64,000 nt of DNA from an uncultured delta proteobacterium (GTDB taxonomy: Bacteria; Myxococcota_A; Polyangia; Polyangiales; Houyiibacteriaceae), in the NCBI GenBank assembly GCA_963699755.1, contig CAVOVB010000003.1, forward strand, positions 512,001 to 576,000, in the 5' to 3' direction. Within the stretch, counting starts at the first letter, position 1, and each line of letters opens with the position of its first letter. Made by a program: the position numbers and the translations under genes. Below, in pieces: positions 39,306-55,591 of the stretch. Below the pieces are notes generated by a model that saw nothing but the letters and a program-made list of their open reading frames with translations, searched no databases and was not told the DNA's origin.

Positions 39306-40072
39306 GCGAACTCCACCAGGACCGGCGCGTGGTCCGAAGGGGATTTGCGGCCGCGCTCTTCTTGGTCGACCACCGCGCCGATCGTGCGCTCGGCAAGCTT
39401 CGAGGTGCAGTACACATGGTCTATTCGGAGCCCGTTTCCTCGCTGGAAGCCGCCGCCTCGGTAGTCCCACCAGGAATACACGCTCCCGGCTGGATGAAAG
39501 GGGCGGACGACATCGTAGAGTCCGAAGGATGCGAGCTCGGTCAAGGCCTCACGGACTTCGTCGCAAGCAAGCACTGAGGAGCGCCACTCGGCGGGTCGTC
39601 CGATGTCGTCGTCAAAGGGGGCCACGTTGAAGTCCCCGCAGAGTGCGACCTGATCGACCTCGGGGTCGAACCGCTTGCCGAGCGCCTCGCGAAGCCGCGC
39701 AATCCAGCGAAGCTTGTACTGGTACTTGTCGGAACCGACCTCGCCGCCGTTCGGAAAGTAGGCGCTGAGGACCGTCATTCCGTCCAGCTCTGCGCTGATC
39801 AAGCGGGCTTGGGGATCGTCCTCGGCATCGCCGAGGCCCGTCACGATGTTCGACATCGGCTGCCGGCTCAGGATCGCCACCCCGTTGTATGTCTTTTGGC
39901 CGAACACGGCGGCTTCGTACCCACAGTCCCGGATTTCGTCGTACGGGAAATCAGCGTCGCTGACCTTCAACTCCTGAACACAGAGCACGTCGGGCCGGGA
40001 GGCGTCGAGCCAGTCGAGCACGTGCTGCCGGCGTGCCCGAATCGAGTTCACGTTCCACGTAGCGACCTTCAT
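39302..40072 (-). CDS. xth: Exodeoxyribonuclease III
   Basis: MKVATWNVNSIR, QELK, YNGVAIL, GDFNVA, YSWWDYR, RIDH, SDHAPV. Confidence 0.96.
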   Translation of the reverse strand: MKVATWNVNSIRARRQHVLDWLDASRPDVLCVQELKVSDADFPYDEIRDCGYEAAVFGQKTYNGVAILSRQPMSNIVTGLGDAEDDPQARLISAELDGMTVLSAYFPNGGEVGSDKYQYKLRWIARLREALGKRFDPEVDQVALCGDFNVAPFDDDIGRPAEWRSSVLACDEVREALTELASFGLYDVVRPFHPAGSVYSWWDYRGGGFQRGNGLRIDHVYCTSKLAERTIGAVVDQEERGRKSPSDHAPVLVEFA

Positions 40073-40096
40073 CCCCGTATGAAGTAGCATGGAATC

Positions 40097-43106
<3,010 letters not shown>

Positions 43107-43107
43107 C

Positions 43108-44697
43108 TCAGAGCCTCAGGGTATGCACACTGCTCACGTACTCGATGCCACGGAGCTCGTCGAGGGTGTCGCTACCGACGAGCGAATCGACGTTCCACAG
43201 GGCGAGTGCCTGACCGCCTTCTTCGTCGAGCCCTACCTGCATCCGCGAGACGTTGATGCCGCGGTTGCCGAGCAGCGTGCCAACCGATCCGATGACGCCG
43301 GGTCGGTCTTGGTTGCGAATGATGACGATGGGGCCCTCCATGACCGCATCGATCTCGTAGCCTTCGAGGTCGACGAGGCGAGACTCGCCCTTGCGCCCCG
43401 GTGTACCGGTGGCCGTGTGGATCCCCTTTTCGCCGGTGACCGTTACGCGTACCGCGGAGGCATATCGGTGGCTTGCCTCTTTCACCTCCGCGAGCCGAAT
43501 GCCTCGCGCCTGGGCCTCGTAGGGCGCGCTGATCGGATTGACCGGCTCTTCGAGATGGTGCTCGAGGAAGCCCGCCAGGGCTGCGCGTGCAATTGGGGTC
43601 ACGCCGAGCTCACCTGCTTCGCCGGTGCAGGTTACCCGGAGCTCACGCACGTCGATGGGATCGAGCTGCCCAACCAGGCTGCCGAGCGCTTTGGCAACGT
43701 CTAGGTACGGGCCGAGCCGCTCTGCGATCTCCGGGGGCAGAGCGGGCACGTTGACGGCGTTTTTCACGATGCCCAACTGAAGGTAGGCAATCGCCTGCTC
43801 CGCAATCTCGATGGCAACGCGCTCCTGGGCTTCGGAGGTCGAAGCGCCGAGGTGCGGCGTACACAGAACATTGTCGAGGCCGAGCAGCGGACTGTCGGGA
43901 TCGATCGGCTCTTTGCTGAAGACGTCGAGCGCGGCGCCAGCGATCTTGCCGTCGGTGATGGCGCGCGCGAGCGCCTCTTCGTCCACGATTCCGCCCCGCG
44001 CTGCGTTCACGAGCAGGGCGCTGCTCTTCATCTTCTCGAAGGCCGCGTCGCTGATCATGTTGGTCGTCTCCGGCGTGAGCGGGGCGTGAATCGTCACGAA
44101 GTCGGCGCGCTTGAAGAGCTCGTCGATCTCGACGAGCTCGATACCGAGCTCAGCAGCCCGGTCGCTGCTCATCACCGGGTCCACCCCGATGACCTTCATC
44201 TTGAGACCCTGGGCGCGGTCGGCGACGATACGGCCGATGTTCCCGAGGCCGATGATGCCTAGCGTCTTGAATGCGATTTCGCGTCCTTGGAATTTGCTCT
44301 TCTCCCATGTCCCGTTGCGCATCGAAGCGACCGCTTGCGGTATGTTTCTCGCGAGCGAGGCGAGGAGTGCCAGCGCATGCTCCGCGGTCGTCACCGAGTT
44401 GCCGGTCGGGGTGTTCATCACCACGATGCCTCGCCGACTCGCGGCCGGGATGTCCACATTGTCGACCCCGATACCGGCACGACCGACGACGCGCAGGCGG
44501 TGCGCTGCCTCGACGACTCGCGGGGTAACCTGGGTGGCCGAACGGATGATGAGGCCGTCGTACTCCCCGATGACCTCGCAGAGCTCGTCTTCACTCATGC
44601 CGGGTCGAAACTCGAGCTCAACACCCGGAGCGTCCCGCAGAACCTGGAGGCCCGCCTCGGCGAGTTTGTCGGACACGAGGACACGTACGTTGGCCAT
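43108..44697 (-). CDS. serA: D-3-phosphoglycerate dehydrogenase (with ASB and ACT domains)
   Basis: GRAGIGVDNVD, GLGNIG, NAARGGIVDE, TPHLGAST, NQDRPGVIG; SD AGGAG. Confidence 0.95.
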   Translation of the reverse strand: MANVRVLVSDKLAEAGLQVLRDAPGVELEFRPGMSEDELCEVIGEYDGLIIRSATQVTPRVVEAAHRLRVVGRAGIGVDNVDIPAASRRGIVVMNTPTGNSVTTAEHALALLASLARNIPQAVASMRNGTWEKSKFQGREIAFKTLGIIGLGNIGRIVADRAQGLKMKVIGVDPVMSSDRAAELGIELVEIDELFKRADFVTIHAPLTPETTNMISDAAFEKMKSSALLVNAARGGIVDEEALARAITDGKIAGAALDVFSKEPIDPDSPLLGLDNVLCTPHLGASTSEAQERVAIEIAEQAIAYLQLGIVKNAVNVPALPPEIAERLGPYLDVAKALGSLVGQLDPIDVRELRVTCTGEAGELGVTPIARAALAGFLEHHLEEPVNPISAPYEAQARGIRLAEVKEASHRYASAVRVTVTGEKGIHTATGTPGRKGESRLVDLEGYEIDAVMEGPIVIIRNQDRPGVIGSVGTLLGNRGINVSRMQVGLDEEGGQALALWNVDSLVGSDTLDELRGIEYVSSVHTLRL

Positions 44698-44735
44698 GGC
44701 TACTCCTGTGGAATCGGCCGCAAAAGCCGGGCGCA

Positions 44736-44764
44736 GAGCTAGCAGCACGCCATCGAAGGGTCAA
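44736..44764 (-). promoter_or_regulatory. Putative promoter of serA-hisZ-purA (TTGACC-N17-TAGCTC, TGn extension)
   Basis: Exact spacing, intergenic. Confidence 0.5.
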
Positions 44765-44783
44765 GGAGGGACGAAGCCCAAGC

Positions 44784-46781
44784 TCAGGCCCAATGGATAG
44801 CGCCGAGGCTCAGCAAGATGGCGGCGACCCTGTAACCACGCTGAGGGTCGCTATTGCCCTGCTGCTGGGTCACGAATTGCGCAAGCTGCTCGACGCTCTG
44901 CGGCGTTTCGCAGAGCCGAAGCGCAGCCCGAACGTCGTCGGGGAGTGCCGCGGTCGCCACGCCGGTGTCGATCCGTTCTGGCTGAATGACCAGATCCTGA
45001 CCGCGCTCGAGGATCAGCTTGGTCTCGAACCCGGCGGCAATGCGGCGTCGCAATCCTCGATCGAGGATCTCCCAGGCGTCGAGGCGCAGTGGAAAGCCGC
45101 TGCTCGGCGGGTCGACGCCGTCGTAGAAGGTCGCGGTGCCGGACCTCCAGGTGAACAGGTCGAGTAACTTCTCACGGACCTGCTCGGTGATTTGCTGGAA
45201 GAGCTCCAAGGGCTCGACGAGCCCGAGCGCAACCAGCGTATCCCCCAGCTTGCCCTCGAAACGCGGCATGACCGCCAAGGCCATGTCGAGCTCGCTTCGG
45301 GTGATCACACGTTCTTTGACCAGGTGCTCGCCGAGAAGCTCGCCGGCGAGGTTGCTCGTTACGAATGCCGGAACACCGTCCTTGGTATAGACTTCTTTGC
45401 GGACGCCTCCTTGCTCGCAGAGCCAAAGGCCCGTGCGGCGCGCGACCAAAGTCCGAGCCAGCGCCCTGACGAAACCACCGTCCTCGAAGTTGATGCTCAG
45501 ATCCGCAGCGGCCGAGGCCTGAACACGGGTCGTCGTCGGCGTCATGCGCGACACCGGAACGTGACGGTAGAGATCGTTGACCGAAGAAAGCGGCTGGAAA
45601 TCGCCGCCGGCCACGCTGATCAGATCGGCACCATCGACCTGCCCGGTCGCGACGGCTTCGACGACCTTCGCGTATGCCAGCGGTCCAACTGTCGCGCCGT
45701 TCGGTTTTCGGATCTTGTACTCGAGCGGCGTGACGTTCGTTGTGCTGGGATGCTCGTCCGAAAGCAGCAGCGGCGTCGGCGGCATCGTCACCTTGGGTAT
45801 CGTGTCGGCCGAGGTCTTTCGAATGCGGGACTCGGCCGCGATGGAGCCGACCAGTGCTGCGAGCTCTGCACGCAACACTTCTTCGGGTCGACTCTGCCAA
45901 GGTTCCAGCGCCGCCCAAAAAGCACGCGCGGTGGGGGGGCGTTCTGCGGGGTTGGCCGCGAGCGCCGTGAGAATCACCGAGCCCAACCCTTCGGGGAGCT
46001 GCGGTAGGAACTCGATGAACGGATGGACTTCGGCGTCGCGGATTGCGAGCAGCACGGCAAGCTCACTGCCACCGGCAAACAGAGGTCGGCGCATGAAGAG
46101 CTCGGCTGCGATGACACCCGTCGAAAACAGATCTGCGCGCTGGTCGACACCACCACCCGAGACCTGTTCCGGCGCCAGATAGCCTAGCTTGCCGTTGGCG
46201 CGCACCGCGGTGCTCACCTCGAATGCGTTGACGTCAGCACGCGCGATGCCGAAGTCTGCTATCTTCACGTCTCCGTGAATCGAGATCAGCACGTTGGAAG
46301 GGCTGATGTCGCGATGCACGATCCCGAGCGTTCCACCTGTGCGATCGGTTGCCCTGTGTACGGCATCGAGACCGCTCAAGATCTGACGCACCAAGTAGAC
46401 CACCAGATCGTGCTCGAGCCTCTGGCTGTCGCGCGTGAGGCGGCGGTTGAGCCGCCAGAGGTCACAGCCTGGAACGTACTCGAGGGTGAGATAGGGCTGT
46501 CCTTCGATCTCCCCGTGGCCGAGGACATGAACGACGTTTGGATGCGTCACGTGACTCGCAAGTCTCGCTTCTTCAGCGAACATCTGCTGCGCGTTGGCTT
46601 CGTCCGCGATGTGCGGCAGCATTCGTTTCAAGACCACAACCCGAGGTTCACCCGCTGCGCGCGGCTCGAGCGCACGAAACACTTCCGCCATTCCGCCAAC
46701 TGCAATACGGTCGACCAGGGTGTACGCGCCCAGCGGCGTATTGGGCGGTGGCGCCGGCGGCGGTGACGATGGTCGTGGCAC
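44784..46781 (-). CDS. Ser/Thr protein kinase with GYF_2-like and DUF4388-like C-terminal domains
   Basis: GGMAEVF, LKR, HRDISPSNVL, DFGIA, YLAPE; later ELLGEHLV..KLGDTLVALG; GTG start inferred. Confidence 0.9.
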   Translation of the reverse strand: MPRPSSPPPAPPPNTPLGAYTLVDRIAVGGMAEVFRALEPRAAGEPRVVVLKRMLPHIADEANAQQMFAEEARLASHVTHPNVVHVLGHGEIEGQPYLTLEYVPGCDLWRLNRRLTRDSQRLEHDLVVYLVRQILSGLDAVHRATDRTGGTLGIVHRDISPSNVLISIHGDVKIADFGIARADVNAFEVSTAVRANGKLGYLAPEQVSGGGVDQRADLFSTGVIAAELFMRRPLFAGGSELAVLLAIRDAEVHPFIEFLPQLPEGLGSVILTALAANPAERPPTARAFWAALEPWQSRPEEVLRAELAALVGSIAAESRIRKTSADTIPKVTMPPTPLLLSDEHPSTTNVTPLEYKIRKPNGATVGPLAYAKVVEAVATGQVDGADLISVAGGDFQPLSSVNDLYRHVPVSRMTPTTTRVQASAAADLSINFEDGGFVRALARTLVARRTGLWLCEQGGVRKEVYTKDGVPAFVTSNLAGELLGEHLVKERVITRSELDMALAVMPRFEGKLGDTLVALGLVEPLELFQQITEQVREKLLDLFTWRSGTATFYDGVDPPSSGFPLRLDAWEILDRGLRRRIAAGFETKLILERGQDLVIQPERIDTGVATAALPDDVRAALRLCETPQSVEQLAQFVTQQQGNSDPQRGYRVAAILLSLGAIHWA

Positions 46782-46855
46782 ACCTGGATTGTAACGGTGG
46801 CAACGGAAAATATCGATATCAGGGAAACAAAGTTGAGCAGAATTTGGAGAATTTG

Positions 46856-47521
46856 ATGGCTGATCAGGGCTCGAGAGCGGGACAACGGTATGCTGACGCA
46901 CAGATCCTCGAGTTTGCGGCGCGGACGCACCACCCAGAGGGCAGAGCGCTTGCCCGGGCATTCGAGGCGCCGGCGCGGCACGGCATGCCCGAAATTCAGC
47001 TTGGGCCAGCCGAGGGCAGGCTCCTGGAGCTGCTCCTTCGGCTTGCTCGGGCGCGCAAGGTCGTCGAGATCGGCACCTTGGCCGGGTACTCCGCGCTCTG
47101 GATCGCCCGCGCGCTCCCTGCGGACGGGCATCTGTGGACGATCGAGTCCGACCGGAAGCACGCGGGGGTGGCCGCCGAGGTTATCGGAGAGGCGGGCCTG
47201 GCAGATCGCGTGACCATCATCGCAGCCGATGCGGCCGAGGCCCTTCCAAAACTGCGTGATTCCGGGCCGTTTTGCGCGGTATTCCTCGACGCTGACAAAG
47301 GACGTTATGACCTATACGGCCGATGGGCAACTGAGAACCTGCGAGCCGGAGGCCTTCTCATCGGCGACAACGCATATCTCTTTGGAAGGCTCCTCGAGGA
47401 CAGCGAAGAGGCCCAGGCGATGCGCCGGTTTCATGAAGAGATGGCGCTCCACTTTGACTCTGTCTGCATCCCCACGCCCGACGGCTTGGCGCTGGGCGTG
47501 AAGGTCGACCGAGACGCTTGA
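46856..47521 (+). CDS. SAM-dependent O-methyltransferase (caffeoyl-CoA OMT family)
   Basis: VEIGTLAGYS, FLDADK, GGLLIGDN. Confidence 0.92.
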   Translation: MADQGSRAGQRYADAQILEFAARTHHPEGRALARAFEAPARHGMPEIQLGPAEGRLLELLLRLARARKVVEIGTLAGYSALWIARALPADGHLWTIESDRKHAGVAAEVIGEAGLADRVTIIAADAAEALPKLRDSGPFCAVFLDADKGRYDLYGRWATENLRAGGLLIGDNAYLFGRLLEDSEEAQAMRRFHEEMALHFDSVCIPTPDGLALGVKVDRDA

Positions 47522-47574
47522 CCATTCTTGAGGGGGCGGCGATATAGGCTTCCCCGCTTGGGATCGCTCCGGGC

Positions 47575-47603
47575 TTGACCGGGTTTGGGAGCGGCCCTAA
47601 CGG
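47575..47603 (+). promoter_or_regulatory. Putative promoter of act/cox cluster (TTGACC-N17-TAACGG)
   Basis: Exact spacing, intergenic. Confidence 0.4.
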
Positions 47604-47755
47604 GCGCTCAGGGAGAGGCGAAGTCGAGCGTACCCCAGCTCCCGCAAGCCGTGCCTGGATCTTGTTCGTCGAAAAATGACGAACCGACTTGTCCGACCCT
47701 CGAGCTTCGCCTAAATGGCGGCCGGTCGTTTAGAGGACTCAAGAGAAAACGCAGC

Positions 47756-48390
47756 ATGCAGATTTTCCCCCGCGAGTTGAACTACTTGCCCCTCGCGTTG
47801 GCCCTGGTGGCCGGCGGCCTCGGCGCAGGCGTGTTCATATTGTTCTGGGTCTACTTCACCCCTCCCAATCTGCAGGTTGGGTACACGCCGAAGCAACCCG
47901 TGGACTACAGCCACCGTTTGCACGCCGGAGAGCTTGGTCTGGACTGCCGCTACTGCCACTCCCAGGTCGAGCGCTCACACGAAGCGATGGTGCCTCCGAC
48001 GCAGACCTGCATGGGCTGTCACGCGGTGGTGCTCCCTGAATCGGCGAAGCTCGCGCCGGTGCGGCAGAGCTGGGAGACCGACGAGTCGGTCGCCTGGGTT
48101 CGCGTCCACCAGATTCCTGACCACGCGTTCTTCAACCATAGCGCTCACCTCCGCGCTGGCGTCGGTTGCGTTTCCTGCCACGGTCGGATCGACCAGATGG
48201 CGGTCGTAGGGGTGGTCGAGCCGATCGCGATGCAGTGGTGCTTGCAATGTCACCGCAATCCCGAGGAGCACATCCGGCCCAAGAGCGAGGTTACGAACAT
48301 GAAGTGGGAAGCTGACGAGGCTTGGATCGCCCAGCGCGCCGCGGTCGCCGCTGTTCTCAATCCACCTTTGCACTGTTCGGGGTGCCACCG

Positions 48391-48394
<4 letters not shown>
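47756..48394 (+). CDS. actA: Alternative complex III pentaheme cytochrome c subunit
   Basis: N-terminal TM and five CxxCH (CRYCH, CMGCH, CVSCH, CLQCH, CSGCH). Confidence 0.93.
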
Positions 48395-51504
<3,110 letters not shown>

Positions 51505-51510
51505 GAGCCG

Positions 51511-52971
51511 ATGAACTACGACGCACCAATCAAAGAACTCGGAGAGACGCCCCTTCTACCTGAAGGCACGACCGCCCACGACATCACCGAGACGATCGCA
51601 GGTGTCACGGAAAACCCCGCCCCTCGTGGTTGGTGGTTGCTGTTCCTGCTTTCGCTTTCCGGGCTCGGCGCAATGACCGCCGCGCTCGCGTACTTGTTCA
51701 TGCAAGGCGTGGGCGTTTGGGGCAACAACGCACCGGTCTACTGGGCCTGGGACATCACCAACTTCGTCTGGTGGATCGGTATCGGCCATGCGGGCACGCT
51801 GATCTCGGCTATTTTGTTCCTGTTCAGGCAGAAGTGGCGAACGAGCATCAACCGCTTCGCCGAGGCCATGACGGTCTTCGCCGTGCTTTGTGCCGGCTTG
51901 TTCCCGGCGATTCACACCGGTCGTCCCTGGTTCGACTATTACCTCTTCCCCATCCCGAACCAGATGGACATGTGGCCAAACTTCAAGAGCCCGCTCATGT
52001 GGGACGTCTTTGCGGTCAGCACCTACCTGACGATCAGTGTCATCTTCTGGCTCATCGGCTTGATTCCGGACTTCGCCACGCTGCGTGACCGGTCGAAGAA
52101 CCTGACCCGCAAACGTGTCTACGGTTCCTTGGCCCTCGGCTGGCGCGGCGCCCACCGGCACTGGCAACACTACGAGCGGGCCTACCTGATCTTCGCTGGC
52201 ATCTCGACGCCGCTGGTCCTTTCGGTCCACTCCGTCGTTTCGTTCGACTTCGCGACCTCGGTGGTTCCAGGCTGGCACACGACGATTTTCCCACCGTACT
52301 TCGTGGCCGGCGCCGTCTTCAGCGGCTTTGCGCTGGTGATGACCTTGATGTTGATCTGCCGCTCGATCTTCAAGCTGCACAACATCGTGACCATCCGGCA
52401 CCTGGACTTGATGAACAAGTTCATGCTCGGTACGGCGCTGCTGGTCGGCTACGCGTACGCGATGGAGTTCTTCATCGCCTGGTACTCCTCGAACCCCTAC
52501 GAGCAGTGGGTCTTCTTCCACAATCGCCTGGGCTGGGGCGAGCTCGACAGCAATGGAAATTGGGGTCCGCTCTGGTGGGCCTACTACGCGATGGTGTTCT
52601 GCAATGTCATCGTGCCACAGGTCTTTTGGTTCAAGCGCGCGCGCACCAGCGTTCCGATCATGCTCGTTGCGAGCGTTCTCATCAACATCGGGATGTGGTT
52701 CGAGCGCTTCGTCATCATCGTGACGTCGACCTACCAGGACTTCCTGCCGTCTTCCTGGGGCATGTTCCATCCGACCTCGATCGACATTCTGACCTACCTC
52801 GGTACCTTTGGATTGTTCTTCACCCTCTTCCTGCTCTTCGTTCGCTGGATTCCGATGATCGCCATTGCGGAGGTCAAGGGAAACTTGCCGGGGGCGCATC
52901 CCGACTTGCACGCCTTGGAGGCACATGACGAGGTACCGGACACACTGGTTGCGCCGGTCCCGGCGGAGTGA
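51511..52971 (+). CDS. actC: Alternative complex III NrfD-like quinol-binding subunit
   Basis: NFVWWIGIGHAGTLISA, WRTSINRFAEAMT, WHTTIFPPYFVAGA. Confidence 0.95.
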   Translation: MNYDAPIKELGETPLLPEGTTAHDITETIAGVTENPAPRGWWLLFLLSLSGLGAMTAALAYLFMQGVGVWGNNAPVYWAWDITNFVWWIGIGHAGTLISAILFLFRQKWRTSINRFAEAMTVFAVLCAGLFPAIHTGRPWFDYYLFPIPNQMDMWPNFKSPLMWDVFAVSTYLTISVIFWLIGLIPDFATLRDRSKNLTRKRVYGSLALGWRGAHRHWQHYERAYLIFAGISTPLVLSVHSVVSFDFATSVVPGWHTTIFPPYFVAGAVFSGFALVMTLMLICRSIFKLHNIVTIRHLDLMNKFMLGTALLVGYAYAMEFFIAWYSSNPYEQWVFFHNRLGWGELDSNGNWGPLWWAYYAMVFCNVIVPQVFWFKRARTSVPIMLVASVLINIGMWFERFVIIVTSTYQDFLPSSWGMFHPTSIDILTYLGTFGLFFTLFLLFVRWIPMIAIAEVKGNLPGAHPDLHALEAHDEVPDTLVAPVPAE

Positions 52972-52979
52972 GGCGAATC

Positions 52980-53558
52980 ATGGCTAACAACACGAAAAAG
53001 CCCGCCCTTTACCTGGCCGAATACGACACGCCGAACGCCATTGCCGCCGCCGCGATGAAGGTGCGCGACGCGGGTTACAAGAACTGGGACTGCCACACCC
53101 CGTACGCCATGCACGGCATGGACGAGGCGATGGGGCTCAAGCCCACCCGGATCGGCATCATTTCGTTCATCTTCGGGATGATCGGCGTCGCGACGGCAGT
53201 GTTCATGATTCAGTACACCAATGCGTTCGACTTCAACCTCTTGAACATCGGCGCCGGCTACCCGCTCATCGTCGGCGGCAAGCCGCCCGGTGCATTTCCC
53301 TCGATGGTGCCGATCATGTTCGAGCTCGGGATTCTTCTCACCGGCTTCGCGACGCTGTTTGGCTTGCTCGGATTGATCAAGCTGCCGATGTACAACCATC
53401 CGATCTTCGAGTCGGACCGGTTCGAAGCTGCGACGGACGACAAGTACTTCATCTCGATCGAAGCGGGTGACCAGAAGTTCGACCTCGATCGAACCAAGGC
53501 GCTGCTCGAGGCCACCAATCCGACCTACCTCGAGCTCATCGAGGAGGAGGTGCAGTGA
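52980..53558 (+). CDS. actD: Alternative complex III DUF3341 subunit
   Basis: HTPYAMHGMDEAMG, IVGGKP, PIMFELGIL. Confidence 0.92.
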   Translation: MANNTKKPALYLAEYDTPNAIAAAAMKVRDAGYKNWDCHTPYAMHGMDEAMGLKPTRIGIISFIFGMIGVATAVFMIQYTNAFDFNLLNIGAGYPLIVGGKPPGAFPSMVPIMFELGILLTGFATLFGLLGLIKLPMYNHPIFESDRFEAATDDKYFISIEAGDQKFDLDRTKALLEATNPTYLELIEEEVQ

Positions 53559-54181
53559 TGCGTGTCCTTCTCATCGTACTGGCACTCACGACGCTGGCGG
53601 CGGCTTGTGTGGGTGGCGAGACCGGCGAGCCGCCGATCGTCGGTATCCGGAACATGTACAACCAGCCGCGCTACGATACCCAGGAGCGACAACCGTTCTT
53701 CGCCGATCAACGCTCGATGCGTCCTCAGGTCGAGGACACCGTGGCCCGAGAGATGGACATAGGCCTCGCCTGGACGACTGGTCGCTCGGTCCAGGGAGAC
53801 GCTTGGCTCATGGAAGTGCCGCGCGAGATCGTCGGTCGAGGGGGAGGCGCTAGCGCCTTTCTCGACCGTGGCGAGGAGCGTTACAACATCTACTGCGCCC
53901 CCTGCCATTCCGTCTCCGGCGACGGCAAGGGAATGGTTTCGCGGCGTGCCGGGGCCCTCGGCGCAACCGGGCTCGTCGCTCCGAGCTTCCACGATGACCG
54001 GCTGCGGCACATCCCAGACGGCCAGCTCTTCGCGACCATCAGCAACGGCGTGAGAAACATGCCGGCCTACGCCTTCAACATCCCGGTCGACGACCGATGG
54101 GCGATCGTTCAGTACGTCCGCGCGCTGCAGCTGAGCCAGGCGCCCGCGGCCACGGCGAAGAACACGGAGCCATCCCAGTGA
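53558..54181 (+). CDS. actE: Alternative complex III monoheme cytochrome c lipoprotein
   Basis: Lipobox AAAC, MYNQPRY, CAPCH, MPAY, DRWAIVQYVRALQ. Confidence 0.92.
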   Translation: MRVLLIVLALTTLAAACVGGETGEPPIVGIRNMYNQPRYDTQERQPFFADQRSMRPQVEDTVAREMDIGLAWTTGRSVQGDAWLMEVPREIVGRGGGASAFLDRGEERYNIYCAPCHSVSGDGKGMVSRRAGALGATGLVAPSFHDDRLRHIPDGQLFATISNGVRNMPAYAFNIPVDDRWAIVQYVRALQLSQAPAATAKNTEPSQ

Positions 54182-55581
54182 CAAAAGCAGACGACAACGA
54201 CTATCGAGTCGGAAACGACGGCATCTGGCAGCGGGCCTGGCTCGCACCTCTGGGGATCGCCATCTTGGGCGGCGTGGCAGCGGTCCTGACGGCCGATGCG
54301 GATCGGCTTGGTTACGCCTACCTCTTTGGCCTGTTTGTGACCGCAACCTTCATGCTCGGCGCTCTGTTCTTGGTGTTGGTCCAATTCCTCACCGCGTCTT
54401 ATTGGGGCGTATCGTCGCGACGCATCGTCGAGGTCGTCATGTCTGGCGCGCCGGTCGTGGCGCTCTTGGCGATTCCCTTCTTGGCGGGTGTCGCCCTCGG
54501 CAAAATCGACATCTACGACGAGTGGCAGAGCGTCTCGGCTCAGGGTGCGCACGGTGACGACCATGGGGATTTCGATTCGGGCTCTGACAACGAGAGCGAT
54601 CGCGCGGAGCACAGCGCGCTCGGGCTCGGCGCAAGCGTGGCGCAGGCGCAGGGCCATGGCGAGGACCACGATGAAGATGCCGTCGATCACGGCGATACAG
54701 CCGCTCACGATCAGGGGCACCGCCACACTTCCCAAGAAACCGCGCTTCACCACGAGATTCTCGAAAAGAAGAGCGGCTATCTCAACACCACTGGCTGGGT
54801 CGCGCGGGGCATCGCGTATTTCGTCATCTGGTGCTTGATCGCCTTGGCGTACTTCGGTTGGTCAAGGCGCCAAGACGTGGATCGCGACCCAAGGCACACC
54901 GTTCGGATGCAGAGCCTGGCGGCACCGTCCCTCATCCTCTTTGCTGGCTCGCTCACCTTCGCTGCGTTCGATTGGCTGATGTCGCTCGAGGCTACCTGGT
55001 TCTCGACCATTTTCGGCGTCGTCATCTTCGCCGGCTCGGCGGTCTCCATTCTCGCCCTCACGATCCTGATTGGCCTGAGCCTCTACAAGCGCGGCCTGGT
55101 GGGTGACGCGATCAACATCGAGCATTTCCACGACCTGAGCAGGCTCATGTTTGGTTTCGTTTGCTTCTGGGCCTACGTCCAGTTCTCGCAGTGGATGCTG
55201 ATCTGGTACGCGGGCATTCCCGAGGAGGCCACTTGGTTCATGAAGCGCTGGGACGGTGGCTGGAAGTTCGTCTCCTACGTGCTGATCTTCGGCCACTTCG
55301 TTGCGCCCTTCGTCCTGCTGATTTCGCGTGTGCAGAAGCGAGCGCTTCCCTGGCTCCAGGTGATGTGCTTCTGGGTGATCTTCATGCACATCGTCGACAT
55401 CTACTGGTTCATTCTGCCGCAGGCTGGCGGTTTCCATGTTCAGCTCGCGGATATGGGAGCACTCTTCTTCGTCGGCGGTCTCTTCTTCGCATATGTCTTC
55501 TGGCAGCTCGGGAGGGTCCCCTTGGTGCCGGTCGGCGATCCCAGGCTTCAGCGGAGCCTTCACCTCCACCAAATATACTGA
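54178..55581 (+). CDS. actF: Alternative complex III membrane subunit F
   Basis: Multi-TM, FDWLMSL..WFSTIFG, SQWMLIWY.GIPEE..WF. Confidence 0.92.
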   Translation: MTKADDNDYRVGNDGIWQRAWLAPLGIAILGGVAAVLTADADRLGYAYLFGLFVTATFMLGALFLVLVQFLTASYWGVSSRRIVEVVMSGAPVVALLAIPFLAGVALGKIDIYDEWQSVSAQGAHGDDHGDFDSGSDNESDRAEHSALGLGASVAQAQGHGEDHDEDAVDHGDTAAHDQGHRHTSQETALHHEILEKKSGYLNTTGWVARGIAYFVIWCLIALAYFGWSRRQDVDRDPRHTVRMQSLAAPSLILFAGSLTFAAFDWLMSLEATWFSTIFGVVIFAGSAVSILALTILIGLSLYKRGLVGDAINIEHFHDLSRLMFGFVCFWAYVQFSQWMLIWYAGIPEEATWFMKRWDGGWKFVSYVLIFGHFVAPFVLLISRVQKRALPWLQVMCFWVIFMHIVDIYWFILPQAGGFHVQLADMGALFFVGGLFFAYVFWQLGRVPLVPVGDPRLQRSLHLHQIY

Positions 55582-55591
55582 GCGTGCACGG

